NCBI RefSeq assembly: GCF_006345805.1
Contig: NC_043010.1
Coordinates: 64,604,001-64,668,000, forward strand
DNA length: 64,000 bases
DNA from: Octopus sinensis
Lineage: Eukaryota
Reading direction: 5' to 3'
Position 1 is the stretch's first letter. Each line of letters begins with the position of its first letter. Below, piece after piece: positions 13,216-26,992 of this stretch. The position numbers and the translations under genes were made by a program. The notes below the pieces were generated by a model. It did no database searches and was not told the origin of the DNA. It saw nothing but the letters and a program-made list of their open reading frames with translations.

Positions 13216-15009
13216 CAAATCATTACTTTCAGCTTATACTGTCTCTTCTGTTACTAACATTAGCATAACATTAATAACAGATTCATCTCTTTCAATAATG
13301 TTAACTATTATATTCCCATCATGTCGAAAATGTATTAAAGTATAGTGTCTTAATAATTTTTTAAACATTCGTGTTTGTTTAACTGAAATTTAAAATATTG
13401 ATACGACGTGCCGCTCTACTCAACTCAGGACCCTATGACGCTAGGCCTTCCGAGTCGATAACGGGCCCTAAGTCGGCGACGACGACTACGCTCAGTCAAA
13501 CGGAAGTCCACCACAGAAAACAAAAAACCGAAGACAACAACAACAAAAGGAGAGAGACAGCGGAGGCAGTTGCTTACATTTAACAATTTATATAACTTCA
13601 CTAAATCAATCAAAACATTTCAAACAGAAGCATTTAACTACGAGGTTAACAGTCATTTAACAGATCGTGCACAGAGTTTAAAAAATCAAAACAATCAATG
13701 GCATTTAAACGTAATACAACTGTTCGATTAACCAAAACAATTACAGAATTTGGAAAACAATCGAAACAAATAGTCTTTCTCTTTTCTTTTTTTTACAGTT
13801 TAGAGTCTCTTTCTCTTTTCTTCTTTTTACAGTCTTTTTTTCTTAATTTTCTTTTCAACAGATTATGTCACAGAGTCCCCATATTTTTACAATCAAAACA
13901 TCAAAGTTCAAAACACAAATCAAAACGTAAATAAACAATACCGACCCAAATTCCGTCTGCAACACTTTCTGAGCCTACTACAAATTTTCAGTTCCTGCTA
14001 ACCGTCTCTCGTACCTGTCCCTTCACTGTCATCTTTACTTCCTCCCGCTCGCCGCTATCACATTCACTGCCTGTCTTCCTCGCCTCTTGCCACTATTATC
14101 TCCTGGCTGGCTGGCTGCATCAACTGGCCGCCTCTTGCCAACTGAACCTTTTTCCGGCCTCTCGCTGTCTGCCGCGCTAACACCAGTCCGTCGCATTTAA
14201 AAGGGTGGAATTATTATTTCTTTTTCAACTTTCCCTGACCGTTGGGATCAGAGATCGCTTTCTAAACTCATTATTTTTTTTACCGTTGCCGTTGACAGGA
14301 CAAAAGATTATTTTTTAAATTTTTTATTTTTTTTCCCGTAGTCCTGAACAACTGGAGCGCCGGTTCAACTCCAACCAACGGAACTAGGGCATAATGTTTT
14401 CCCGTTAATTTTACCTCCGTAACAATAACTATAAACACTACTCATATTCATACACAAACTCACACATACACATATAGGAACACATGAGTTTACATTACCT
14501 TGGGCGTGGATAAATGTAGCTGAATGTGAATATACATCATCAGACATAAACTACCGCCACGTAGTATTTGAATGACTTCAGTGGCTTTTGCTGTGTTGCA
14601 AATATCCAATATATTCTCTTGTCAGAGGAAGTTTTCTACCTATCCTCTCTTTCTCTCCCTCTCTCACTCTCTTTCTCATTTTATATGTCTCTTTTTCTGT
14701 CTCTATATGTAGGTATAAATACGTCTAAGTGTGTGTGCGCGCGCGTATGTGTTTGTGTGTGTGTGCATATATCTGTTATAATAAACTTCGCAATGTATAT
14801 ATTCTGGTCAGTGAAACTGAAAATGGTCGCAAGCTGATGAAAGGAAAAATAGCTCCAGAAAGTGTGGAATAGCAACAGAGATGCTAAGGTGTAGCGAAGA
14901 TCTGTGGAAGTACGCTTCAATCGCTTTCTGAAGGAAGATAAAATACTCTCACCGAAGAAAGTGTTGAATATCATCTGGATTCATGAGAAGTGGGATAAAG
15001 AACACCTAA

Positions 15010-15590
15010 CACAATTTCACCCGCTCTGCAAGCTGTTACAAAGGTTATATACACCAGACTATCGATATATCTTGGTGGCCATCACCCGCAACTCCAAGTA
15101 AATTTTCCGCAAATACTACACTACGATGGATCACAAATTCACTTCTAACAGAGCGAAACAATACAAACTGCGACTGTGAGTCACATTTGTCGACAACGAG
15201 AGACCTTCCGTAACATCGTGTTGAAGGCAGTGCTGAAATCTCAGGAAATACAAGGTGTCGCAATACACCAAACTCCAAAGGGATATAAGTTCTGGATACA
15301 ACACTGATATAGCGCTGCTATGCTAATAATAAAATTTCCGAATTAAAAGAGTCACAAACAAGGCGATACCATCTCTCCTAAGCTCAACACCGAATGTCTA
15401 TAAATACTCATCAGAGACATTGACTGGATAGGTGGCATGAAAATCAACGGCTATTATTAATACACCTTTCATTTGAAGATGACATTGCACTTACCGCCGA
15501 AGCCACTGACCATATAGATTATGCTGTCAGAGCTGGATGCCCATAGCCCAGCAATAAGCCTTAAAACAAACCGCATGAAAAAGAACAAGA
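15010..15590 (+). mobile_element. RTE-clade LINE RT fragment, degenerate
   Basis: Remnants of YRPISLL (actatcgatatatcttg), FVDYEKAF (tttgtcgacaacgagagaccttc), QGDTISPKL (caaggcgataccatctctcctaagctc) and GxKING..L..FEDDIAL (ggcatgaaaatcaacggc...tttgaagatgacattgcactt). Confidence 0.75.
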
Positions 15591-15930
15591 AAAACAGGGG
15601 AAAGTAGAAAAACGAAACGGATTTAAAGACTAAAAAAGCTAAATATGATAGGAAATGTGAGTGAAATATAAGTCAAATAAGTAAAAGAAAAATAAGTGAG
15701 GAAGATGAGCAGAACAAACAAAGGGATTGAAATTTTATAAGGGTGAGAGTAATGCCAATAAAGATATTGAACTTATCTGACGATACAGGTAACCAGCAGA
15801 CATAGTAAAAATAGAGATTTATAGCAGATATTGATATACATGTACGTAGATGGAATTCGTATAGGGGAGGGATATGTTTAAATAATTGTAAACTGAAAGT
15901 CTCCGCTTGTAGGTAGAGTGAACGTATCTC

Positions 15931-16030
15931 NNNNNNNNNNNNNNNNNNNNNNNNNNNNNNNNNNNNNNNNNNNNNNNNNNNNNNNNNNNNNNNNNNNNNN
16001 NNNNNNNNNNNNNNNNNNNNNNNNNNNNNN
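15931..16030. other. Scaffold gap (100 N)
   Basis: Directly visible; a round 100 N usually denotes a gap of unknown size. Confidence 1.
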
Positions 16031-17675
16031 GAAGAAATATGTGAGATCCACTGAAAAGAACAGGAAATTTTCATTCTTGTTCATTGAAGATTTTAGAGAT
16101 AACCAAAGTTGCAGCTCGATCAATTTTATTTAAAAAAAGGTATTGGAAAGATTTACTTTGGATTCAACGAAGAATTATTCCTTTCTCTCGTGGTGTATCA
16201 ACAATTAGTTGTAGACCCCAGTGTTGAGGGACCACGGTTTGTTGACATGTAAGTGTAAAAGTATTTCATTTGTTTTTCGTTTGTTTGCTTTTTTCACATC
16301 TCGAATATGTAGCGGTCTTCGAAAGACATAAATTCAAAGGTTCTCACAGTTTGTTTTGGTATAAATGCTTGGTAAGGAATACTAAAAGTTGTCCGTCCAC
16401 AGACTCGGACCTGAATGTCTTCTGAACACTCTTGTTAACGTGACTTCATTGATACTCAGGGTAACCCCGGGACATTGTTGCTCATATGTCTTCGTAAGAA
16501 TGTCAACCAGGAATAATATTTTCTACACTGTGCAGTGTTTTCGGTTGATGAAAATTAAACATATCACCACAGAAGTCATTTATATTGTATATCTACTTTT
16601 TCTATTAAACATAGCAAGCGTATAGTGGTGGATACCAGTCCTGGATATAAACGTGTTTGTGCAATTCTTTAACCTCAAAGATAACAAATTTCTAAGTCTT
16701 TATAGACATTCAGACTGTTTTCTGAAATTTTCTTCAAACTGACTTCATGTTCCATAGTTGAAATATTCATCTTCCTTTTCAACCTAAAATGTGATTAAAT
16801 GTGACGGTACTCACTTGATATCAAGCATATCAAATTCAATGAAGTCTAGCAAAAATACCAGTTTTAACACTCAAAGATCTGTGCAGTTTCTCATTATCAA
16901 TATCATAAATTTCACACAGAAATATAGCCCTCAATCGCATGAAGTTTGTTAATTGACTGGAAGCTCCTCATAGATTCTCAGATGAGAGGTCGGTCATTCC
17001 GCAGTAGATTTGTAAGGGGACTACCAGATATTTTTTCAGTTTGCTTAATATTAAAAAAGGATATTTCTGTGAAACTGTGAGTACACTTAAACTGCTGAAA
17101 TATATATACTTAGGTGGTTATGGACTTCAAGGAGACCCAAACATGGCCGCCATCTACTAATCGGCAAATGACTTACCGAATAAAAGACAATATATACCAT
17201 ATTTAAATTGAAATATTGTTTCATATAATTATAAGTTCAATAATCTTCTTATTGGATTTGCGTCTTTAGTTACAATTTGAGTATTGCTAAAGCTTTACAT
17301 ATGTACGTATTTATATTTAAACTTCGCGCATAATGTATGGGAGTTAGTGAACACTACATAGATGCCGTACTCTGTGTAAGGGAGATCCCTAAAAGATGTA
17401 TCATGTTACAAAAGACACCATATTTCAAAGTATCAAAGTATACAAACGAAATCTTTAACGGGGTTTCTTTTTGAGGAAAGATGACAACTCTGATAGCGTT
17501 TACAATATTTAGCATGAACAAGCGCAAAATCTGAAGTTTGTATTCCTTGTGCGACGCTTTTTTACACCAGCAATTAGATGATATGTAATTTGTATACACA
17601 TCTCTGACTTGCAATGACAAGTCATTTTGGAAGTTTTGGAATAACAAGTCGTTTCGCGACTTACGAATACAGGCC

Positions 17676-17754
<79 letters not shown>

Positions 17755-18438
17755 CGTGTCTGTGAGGTACAGAAAGCATTACCATCGAAAAATCTTAAGC
17801 ATTTGTAGGACATGAAGTAAGAAGTTTTAGTAGCAGAAAGAGTAAAAAAGAATATGTATATACTAGCGCTAATCCGGCCTCCTCCCCGGTTTGTACTGTA
17901 CTAAATGTATACCTTATACTTATCAGTCAGATCGTAGTTAAGAGCTATTAGTCGCCAGTTTTCACGACAAATAGGTCTAAATTGCAGCCTGACTTGTTGC
18001 CTTAATCTTTCTCGTTCTCTCGAGTGGGTATTTCTGTACTACGAGCATTGCAGCACTACGGTTGTTACTTTAAATAAAGAGCAATAAAATAGCTGTGTAT
18101 TGTTTCATTGTTTTATGATTTTATTTAACGTATTATTTGATTTATTTATTATTTTAAACTTAATTTTATTTTTGATTCAGTCAATTATTTCTGTCCCTAT
18201 ATTATTTTAACAAACGAATATGCATCTGAGTAAAATAAATAATATAAATTGATTGATTTACAAATACATTGACAAATCGTCTTCGTATTGTAGCTGGTGT
18301 TGTCGCGTGCCGTAGCTTATCATAGCTGGTTAGTAAACAAGTGCTAGAGCTCTACTCTAGTGACACCAATTATAGATTTTTATTGAAATCTAATTCACCT
18401 ATAATTCAACAGGGATGCAAAGTACATTAAATATGTGT

Positions 18439-18769
18439 AGGCACCGGAGTGGCTGTGTGGCAAGTAGCTTGCTTTCCAACCACATGGTTCCGGGTTCAGT
18501 CCCACTGTGTGGCACTTTGGGCAAGTGTCTTCTGCTATAGCCTCGTGAGTGGATTTGGTAGATGGAAACTGAAAGAAGCCTTGTCGTATATATGTATATA
18601 TATATATTGTTGTGTGTGTGTTTCTATGTCTGTGTTTGTCCCCCAACATCGCTTGACAACCGATGCTGGTGTGTTTAGGTCCCCGTAACTTATCGGTTCG
18701 GCAAAATAAGTACTAAGCTTACAAAGAATAAGTCCTGGGGTCGATTTGCTCGACTAAAGGCGGTGCTGC
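18439..18769 (+). mobile_element. tRNA-derived SINE family B with internal microsatellite, 3'-truncated
   Basis: Head ggagtggctgtgtgg...ccgggttcagtccc, CORE-like ctttgggcaagtgtctt, internal (TA)(TG) tract and tail ggggtcgatttgctcgactaaaggcggtgct. Confidence 0.9.
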
Positions 18770-18949
18770 AGGTCACTTTAGAATAAAGCCTGTATATTAT
18801 AATAATATATATTGGGCATTTCAGTTGATTTATAGGCAAAATATTCCAAATTAAAATTTTGGTACTTTTTGAGCAAAATTTGATACTTTGATACTGGCAG
18901 TTTCATCAAAATAAGTTTGACAGATCTGATTGAATGAAGAAATTTACAG

Positions 18950-19130
18950 AGTGCGACGAAAGGATAGCGGAACATTACTTGAAAACCACACAGAACTCCC
19001 AGGTTCGTTGACCAGAGGCAAAATAATGTTGTGCCAGGAAGAAGCATCAACGGAAAACACTGTCGACAACTTCAAACTAATAACTTGTCTGTCCATCATG
19101 TGAAAGCTGTTAAGAGGAATACTATATATA
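18950..19130 (+). mobile_element. R4-clade non-LTR RT fragment
   Basis: ELPGSLTRGKIMLCQEEASTENTVDNFKLITCLSIM*KLLRGI resembles P.WLT.G.T.L..K....NYRPITCL..M.KLLT.I. Confidence 0.65.
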
Positions 19131-19651
19131 AATCAAAGGTAGGACAAAAAGAACATAACAGGTGGAATCGAAGAAAACACAACATGCCAAAAATAGACGA
19201 TAACATAACATGAGTGATACCATAGACAATAACATAAAAAGATGTAAACAGGACGGAATCAAGATAGACGGGCCATTCGCAGCAAAGTTCCTCATCAGTC
19301 GGTTTCTTAAAGGTCATTATAGATTCGAACCGCTTTAATACCGAGACTATTCGAATCCAACAAGGTGCCAGGGACTTAAAGGAAAAGCATTAAGCCTCCA
19401 GGAAAATCAAACGAATGTATACAACAACAAAACAAGAACGAAAACGAAGAGAAAGCAAACTTTATGCACATACAAAGCAGAGAAAATGATGGTACATTAC
19501 AATACGAAAATATAAATAAAAGAGAGGGTCTCTCTACTATCGGACGAATGTAACATTATAAAAAATGCAATTGCAACAGAAACAGAATTATACATTTAAA
19601 ATGGACAGGCGCCTTTCAGCTATGCAATAGAAGAAAAATAATTGTCATATA

Positions 19652-19943
19652 TATTTCTTTATTGCCCTCAAGGGGCTAAACATAGAGGGGACAAACAAGG
19701 ACAGACAAAGGGATTAAGTCGATTACATCGACCCCAGTGCGAAACTGGTACTTTATTTATCAACCCCGAAAGGATGAAAGGCAAAGTCGACCTCCGCGGA
19801 ATTTGAACTCAGAACGTAGCGGCAGATGAAATACCGCTAAGCATTTCGCCCGACGTGCTAACGATTCTGCCAGTTCGCCGCCTTACAAGGATAGTTTTTT
19901 TAAAATTATTCCGACGCTCTAACGATTCTGCCAGTTTCTCGTC
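19652..19943 (-). mobile_element. SINE family A with an extra partial head and a 16-bp TSD
   Basis: Full head-core-tail at 19652-19884, second head fragment ctaacgattctgccagtt near 19919, flanked by the direct repeat aaataattgtcatata (19636-19651 and 19944-19959). Confidence 0.9.
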
Positions 19944-21117
19944 AAATAATTGTCATATAAATAAATAACAAAAACGCTCTTATGTATGTGTATAAGCATG
20001 TATGTATGTTTCGCAGATATTACGAGACTGAAAACAGCATCGCACTCCAGTATCTGCTTTGGCATGCATTCTATGATTGGTTGTCCCACTTTGTACCAAG
20101 CAATTTATATGTACTGGGTTCTTTTTTTGGGTGGGGATACAGTATTGAGGGATGTGGTTTCTGTCAGATGCTCAGAGGTATGATAACGGACAGGAACGAG
20201 TGTCTTGATGTAGGAGAGATATTTTGCTACCCCTAATGAAAACGAAGGAAGAAGAATTATGGTGATGAGGAATTAGGGTTCCTCAAGGAACAAGCAAGAA
20301 TAGAGACAGAAATTCAGAAGTGTAGGCAAGTAATGGTAAGTAGCAACTCTGTGAAAAGAGAATGACAAATGGTTAGTGATGGAGAGAGGTAGATCCGGTG
20401 AGTGTGGAAAACGTGCAAGCATTGTCAAGGCTGAATATCAGTTGGGGGGTGGGGATGAAGGGATTAGGAGAGGATGAGTGAAGAAAAGGAGGAGGAGAAG
20501 ATAAGTGATAGAACAAAGTAAAGATGGTGGAAAGCAATAGTATAATGAAACCGGGGATAGATGAGATGTAGGGTGGTTTTATGATGTATGGGGATTTTCG
20601 GAATCGGAGTCTAGCGGGAAATAGGGATGGAAATTGCGTATATGTGCGTTTGTGTGTGTTATGTATATATGGGTGTATGTGATGTCGCGTGTGCGTGTGT
20701 ATATTTCAAGAATGTGTTAAATATTATTTGTCAGTATACAATAATAGTGTAACATCTTTTCGTTTATAGGAATTAAACTGTTGTTTTAAGGAAACAAGAT
20801 TATTAATGTTATGCTGTTCTGCATATCTCAAACTGTCTTATATTAATAAAGTCTAAAAGGGGTTCCAATTTTTATATATTTCTTACATATTCATGCCTTA
20901 ATATCATTGGCGTCTTAGAAAACTTCGTTAATCAGAATAAAAATGTGGGAAAGAAACTCACGCTTTAAACAATTGTACTTATTATCAGAAATGCGTAGCT
21001 GTATGTTCGGACAACTCACTTTGAATGAAATTCTAATTTAAATAGTGTATATCAGAATGTAATCTTCAGCAATCCTGCTATTATTTTACTAAAATTTTTA
21101 ACAATCATTTTACTTAC

Positions 21118-21270
21118 GCTTTTGACAATATGGCTTTTTAAATCCAGGTAAGCATCCATTTTCACATTTACTAAGGATTTGGAACTGGCAGTCACTAAGG
21201 TGTTTACAGTTACATTGGTATTTCTGGTCTTTCCCAAACAAGCCAACATCACCATAACCTTTACAACTGT
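21118..21270 (-). CDS. Internal coding exon: EGF-like (MEGF/laminin-type) Cys-rich module
   Basis: Acceptor ttatttgttttcag|AC and donor AAGC|gtaagt; 153 bp, phase 1-1. Reads xSCKGYGDVGLFGKDQKYQCNCKHLSDCQFQILSKCENGCLPGFKKPYCQK, with FG....YxCxC....C....C..GC.PGF....CQ spacing. Confidence 0.85.
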
Positions 21271-22121
21271 CTGAAAACAAATAATATATCAACATTATTA
21301 AAACATTTCTTTGAATAATTCTCTTAATAAATAATATTGATTCGTTAATATTAGATAGTATTTAATTTATAAAAAAAGTTATATATTAAGATAGCGTTAT
21401 GATTTATACACTGTAAAGAGCATTAGCAATCTCAGTGATGAGAAATAAACTAATCCGTATATTAACATCGGTTGGCAAACAGTTTGCTTCTACGCTGCTC
21501 CATTGTCTGCCCTGAACATTAATATATTTATATCGCATAATTTTCGGTTGTAAGACATACAATACAAATGATTAGTGATTAAAACAACATATTCTCAAGT
21601 TTATTTACGCATATATTTTCTTCACATCTATGACACATTTTTAATGCCATTGTTGTTATTTAGCATCACTCAGCATTCATTCCGTGGACCAATGATCAAA
21701 GATTTTACACCCATGTCTATCTTGTTTCCACTTTATCCAGTATGGTTCTTTCTCAGAACAATAGGGTATGATTTTAGCAGGCCAACCAATGAGAAAATGG
21801 GTGTCTTTAACCATTGCAGACTTTCAGGTTTTTCATTTTTATCATATATCTTGAATTATTGAAGTTTGTGAGTCCTTCCATTTGGTATATTTTCTCATTG
21901 AAAAGCCGCTGGGAGATACCTAGTAGTACTGGGATAATTTAAAGATATAACATTCATAGAAGAGAATAATACACGCATATAGTTTTAAAGTTTTGTTGAG
22001 AACTTGACATTGCAGAAAACAACTTGTCAAATTTTACTGCGTGGAGAATAAATCTTTCACAACGTTCAAAACTGAGGTCCATTATAAATTTTATAATCTA
22101 AAATACCATATATTCATAAGC

Positions 22122-22175
<54 letters not shown>

Positions 22176-22187
22176 ATATATATATTT

Positions 22188-22445
22188 AATTATTTTATAG
22201 AAGGAGCTTCTACAGGACTAGAACTGTTTCATTCAAAAGAAATCATCAGGAAGCTAGGTGACAGAGTAGTTTTGGCATTTATACATTTAGGCAGGTTTCA
22301 AAGGGGTGGTGGTGGGGGAATTTTTGGGGTAGACATGGCGCAAACTATCATTCTTAGGGGAGTGGTCAAAGGAATCGGTGGTAAAGTAGATAAAAGAATA
22401 AATAAAAGAATAAATAGAAAAATAGAGTTTTAGGTAAATAAGGAG
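22188..22445 (-). mobile_element. Non-autonomous Penelope-type terminal repeat (pLTR-like) carrying a hammerhead ribozyme
   Basis: Shares about 170 bp with 53020-53190 and sits between microsatellite tracts. Confidence 0.7.
22205..22255 (-). ncRNA. Type I hammerhead ribozyme (family 1, intact)
   Basis: Minus strand: AGCUUC [I] CUGAUGA U UUC UUUU GAA U [II] GAAA CAG UUCUAGUC CUG [III] UA | GAAGCU [I']. The core is canonical and the cleavage triplet is GUA. Confidence 0.8.
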
Positions 22446-22792
22446 ACTCTCACTTATACATATACATATATATATATATGTACATACACACAACATATAT
22501 ATATATATATACACACACATGTACATATACACATACACACACACACACATACACATATGTATACATATACATACATACATATACACACATATACATACAT
22601 ACACATATACATATATACACATACATATACGTACACATACACACATACACCCATATACACATGTACATATGTACCCGTATACATGTATCTACGTACACGC
22701 CCATACCCATACTCATACATACACTTATATATGTCTACACACATATATATATATAAGGGGATATACACCCCCATACACACGCGCTCCCATAT

Positions 22793-22827
<35 letters not shown>

Positions 22828-22892
22828 CACATATATATACACACACCCATATACACACATATATATACATACATACACATACATACCTATCC

Positions 22893-22955
<63 letters not shown>

Positions 22956-23432
22956 TATATATACACACACTCACATACATATGCATATACATGCACACAC
23001 ATACACACACATTTCTTCCCTTATTTTAATTTTATTTTAATTTTTTACTTTTGTTTTTATTTTTATTTTTATCTTGACCTCGGCCAGCCAGCCCGGCACT
23101 GAAGTGATGTCGTCCCAAGGGAACTAGTCTAAAGAGTCCATTTATTGCCCCTCTGCCTTCCTTTCTATCTTTCTACTCACTGATACGAACACAAACACTC
23201 ACACACGCACACACACTCACACGTACACTCATACACATACACACACGCACATGTTATATTCATACATACATACATACATCTACATACATGCACGTATATA
23301 CACATACGTACACGTACCTACAAATTCATATCTACACGCATACACATACATACATCTATACACCCACAGAAGACTAGTCCATACATATACACAAATAAAT
23401 AATATAATATACATATACACATACATACACAC

Positions 23433-23470
<38 letters not shown>

Positions 23471-24231
23471 CACATATATACATAATACTTATATATATAT
23501 ATATATATATATATATCATATATATATACATACACATATATACATATATACACACATACATACACGTACGCGCATACCATACCTCATATACATACACATA
23601 TATACTTACACCAGTCATATGCATACCTACATACCCATACATCCATATATCTATACATATACATACACGTATATATACACACAAGCACATACTAATACAC
23701 ACGCACACACATCTAGCTACATATATAAAAAAGAAACCCAACAAGTCCATACATGTACACACATACACATACATACATGCATATACACATATATACCCAT
23801 ACACATATACACCATACATACACATACACATATATATATATACACACATGTATATATATACATATATACACATACATATACATACACACATGCATACACA
23901 TACACACACACACGCACATCTATATATACACATAAGTACATACATGCATAAATGTATACATATGTTTATACATATGCACACACATACACACACACGCGCG
24001 CATCCTTATAACATAAATACATACATGCATACTCAAATAATAAATAATAAATAATAAATGTATATACATGCAGTTACCCATTATACAGACGGATACATAC
24101 ATATAAACAACACATATATACCTATTTACACATATGTATATATACATACATGCATACCCATACACATAACTCTACATACCTACATATACATAAACACACA
24201 AGCGTACACACATATATATATACATATATAC

Positions 24232-24263
<32 letters not shown>

Positions 24264-24534
24264 CCACACACATACATATACACATATACATACACACACA
24301 CATACATATACACGCGCGTAAATACACGCACTCACATACATGCGTATATTCCTACTAACACCCATACGTTTCTATAATATATACAATACATATATACAAG
24401 TGTACACATACATATGTGAATAGTCTTAGGAGAAAATATATATACATGAAACAAATGGAAACAAGAGATACACCATAGAGTGACCCTTCATCAGTTATCG
24501 TCCGTTTCTCTCTCTCTCTCTCACTCTATCTATC

Positions 24535-24581
<47 letters not shown>

Positions 24582-24690
24582 ATATATAGTATATATATAT
24601 ATACATGTAAGTATTTATATATACGTATGTATATATGCATCATATATATATATATACATGTTATTTATATTATATAAGATTGAACACCAC
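22446..24690. repeat. About 2.2 kb compound (CA)/(TA)/(CATA) microsatellite tract with short unique islands
   Basis: Directly visible; source of many spurious YIH/CVY-type ORFs. Confidence 0.95.
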
Positions 24691-24737
24691 GCACATCCTT
24701 TTCCAACTAAGTTTTATCTATCTATCTATATACGTAC

Positions 24738-24777
<40 letters not shown>

Positions 24778-25479
24778 ATAACCAGATTTTAGTGTTGCAT
24801 CGAGCTGTACCGATATAATATAGGATAAATACAGTACCAATAGCAATAATGCGTGGATGAAATTTATAAGCATTTAATACATCGCTACACACGCTTCCAC
24901 AAATCACATGCCTCCTAAGACCGCCGTCCGTATTCCTGACACGATTACGTGTAGTTCATGATATTCGTGGACCTCGGGTAAATCACGTCCATGGATTTAT
25001 TTCTTCAGGTGATAAACATTAATAGATGTTTAACAAAGGGCTGTTTATCCTTTTAACCAGTACGAAGGTTCATTAATTTATGTGGCTATTTAGGTGGGTA
25101 TTTGTGTGTGTGGAGGAGGGACGAAGTGCTGGAAAGAGAGGGAGGAACGGCAGTTATATGGGGATGGCGGTGTGTCTGGTGATGTTGGGCTTATTTTGCT
25201 ATTCCGTCTGTACATTCCTTTGTTCGATCTCATTTATGGCATCACTATCTTCAATGAAGTCTGAAGTAAACAGGTCAGTCGTTACAGCCACTACAGCCAT
25301 CAGCTGTTGGAGTTCGTTGCCCGAATTGATAAATAATTTTTTCTTAGAGTGACCTTTTATTTGTTTCTGCTATTACAGTTGTATATTGTTTAACATCCTA
25401 AACATTGGTTTCTTCTTTCCTTGTTCTCTAATATACTAAGGGTGGTTGATGTTATTTCGTTCCAAAATGCATTTTTCTT

Positions 25480-25650
25480 TCAAATTCAGAAACAATGTTT
25501 TGCGTCTATGTTTATCTGATGTGATCACCTCGGAGTGTCTATTTGTGTATTTATCACGTTTTTTCTCTGAGTGCAATGATTTCCTGAGTTTCTTCAAGGC
25601 ATAAATTGCATCGGGACATCACCGGTGTGTAACTGTTACATGTGTATAAA
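25480..25650 (-). mobile_element. Penelope-like element C-terminal fragment
   Basis: CNSYTPVMSRCNLCLEETQEII and NRHSEVITSDKHRRK resemble the C.LCL.EK..I and N.RSE.I..C.H..K tail of PLE GIY-YIG ORFs. Confidence 0.55.
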
Positions 25651-25661
25651 TATATATATAT

Positions 25662-25732
<71 letters not shown>

Positions 25733-26333
25733 GTGATGATACAGGTGACATTCCCATCACTTAATGAAATTTAAGTAAATCAGAAAAAGAATAAAGTTTA
25801 GTATTGGGTATTTATCAGATGAATGCTATAAACAGGAACATGTTAACTATGTTAGCATCATCTGCTTTTTATAACAAAAGGCATCCATTTTGAAATATTT
25901 CAAAATTTTTATTTTTTCCATATTTAAAATTCATATTATTAGTTATATATTTTCTTAAAAGTATGTAGCCTTTGATAAAACTTTCCTAATGACTTCTGCC
26001 TAAAATTGATTAATCATAGTTATCAATTGATACATATTTTCTCTTGCTCTAAGTCATTCTCTGTCTTCTTATAGAATACGCATCGTGGTCCTCTTTGTCT
26101 TCTTTACTGTGATGGTAATTTACAGAACGGAATCAGTATTTCAAGCATGTGTGAACATGATCACATACAGATAATTGCATATAATAGCACCCACAAAGCA
26201 ATAAGAAACCGCACTCTATTGAAGGAATCTAAAACTATTACAAGATGATGGAACATGCAAAATATGAGAGTAAGAGCTGGATCATGCTATTCTATTAAAT
26301 GATATAAAATAACACTAATACTACTAAACTTAC

Positions 26334-26420
26334 CAGGTTTTCTGAAGCAAGTACTTTTACAATAATCAAGTTCCCTCTTATTATCTGCGACGCAATCTCC
26401 TTTGGTGATATCACATTGGG
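26334..26420 (-). CDS. Internal coding exon: small 4-Cys module upstream of the EGF-like exon
   Basis: Acceptor ttttatttatattaaag|CC and donor CCTG|gtaagt; 87 bp, phase 1-1. Reads xQCDITKGDCVADNKRELDYCKSTCFRKP and joins in frame to the 21270 exon (...FRKPDSCKG...). Confidence 0.7.
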
Positions 26421-26643
26421 CTTTAATATAAATAAAAATAATTTTTTTATTTTTAAGAAACCATCAAGTGAGATACCTTAGAAATCTAGTGGAATATGAA
26501 AATATCATATTCATGTCTTTCTCGGCAATAAAAATGACATAAATCAAAACATTTGTTAGTGAAAATAAAAATGAAGGGAAAGCTTTTCAGCGAAAATACA
26601 GACCGAAACTTTATTGCCGGGATCGTAATAATGTTATAATATT

Positions 26644-26992
26644 AAAAGGGTAAAGGGTAAAGACCCCCTTCGGTCATGAATGACCATGGGATTGCACCTA
26701 GAAAGTTACCCTCCTAGACACAAGTCCGGGCAAGGTTGTTTATGGAAGACCAGCAGTCGCCCATGCATACCAGCCTCCTCTCTCCACGCCACCAGTGTTA
26801 TCCAAGGGAAAGACAAAGGTCGATACAGCTTGGCATCTGTGACGTCGCAACTCATTTCTACAGCTGAGTGAACTGGAGCAACGTGAAATAAAGTGCCTTG
26901 CTCAAGAACACAACTCGCAGCCCGGTCCGGGATTCGAGCTCACAACCTCACGATCGTAAGCTCGACGCTCTAACCACTGAGCCATGCGCCTT
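26644..26992 (-). mobile_element. tRNA-derived SINE family C (CORE-SINE-like), full length
   Basis: Minus-strand head aaggcgcatggctcagtggttagagcg...gagctcgaatccc, then gtgttcttgagcaaggcactttatttcacgttgctccagttcactcagctgtagaaatg (similar to the MIR CORE), and a (ttaccc)n tail. Confidence 0.9.

Noticed and set aside
21640-21830. Minus-strand frame containing EKEPYWI, similar to KDPYWQV
   Set aside because: No other lectin motifs, bounded by stops, and no splice sites.
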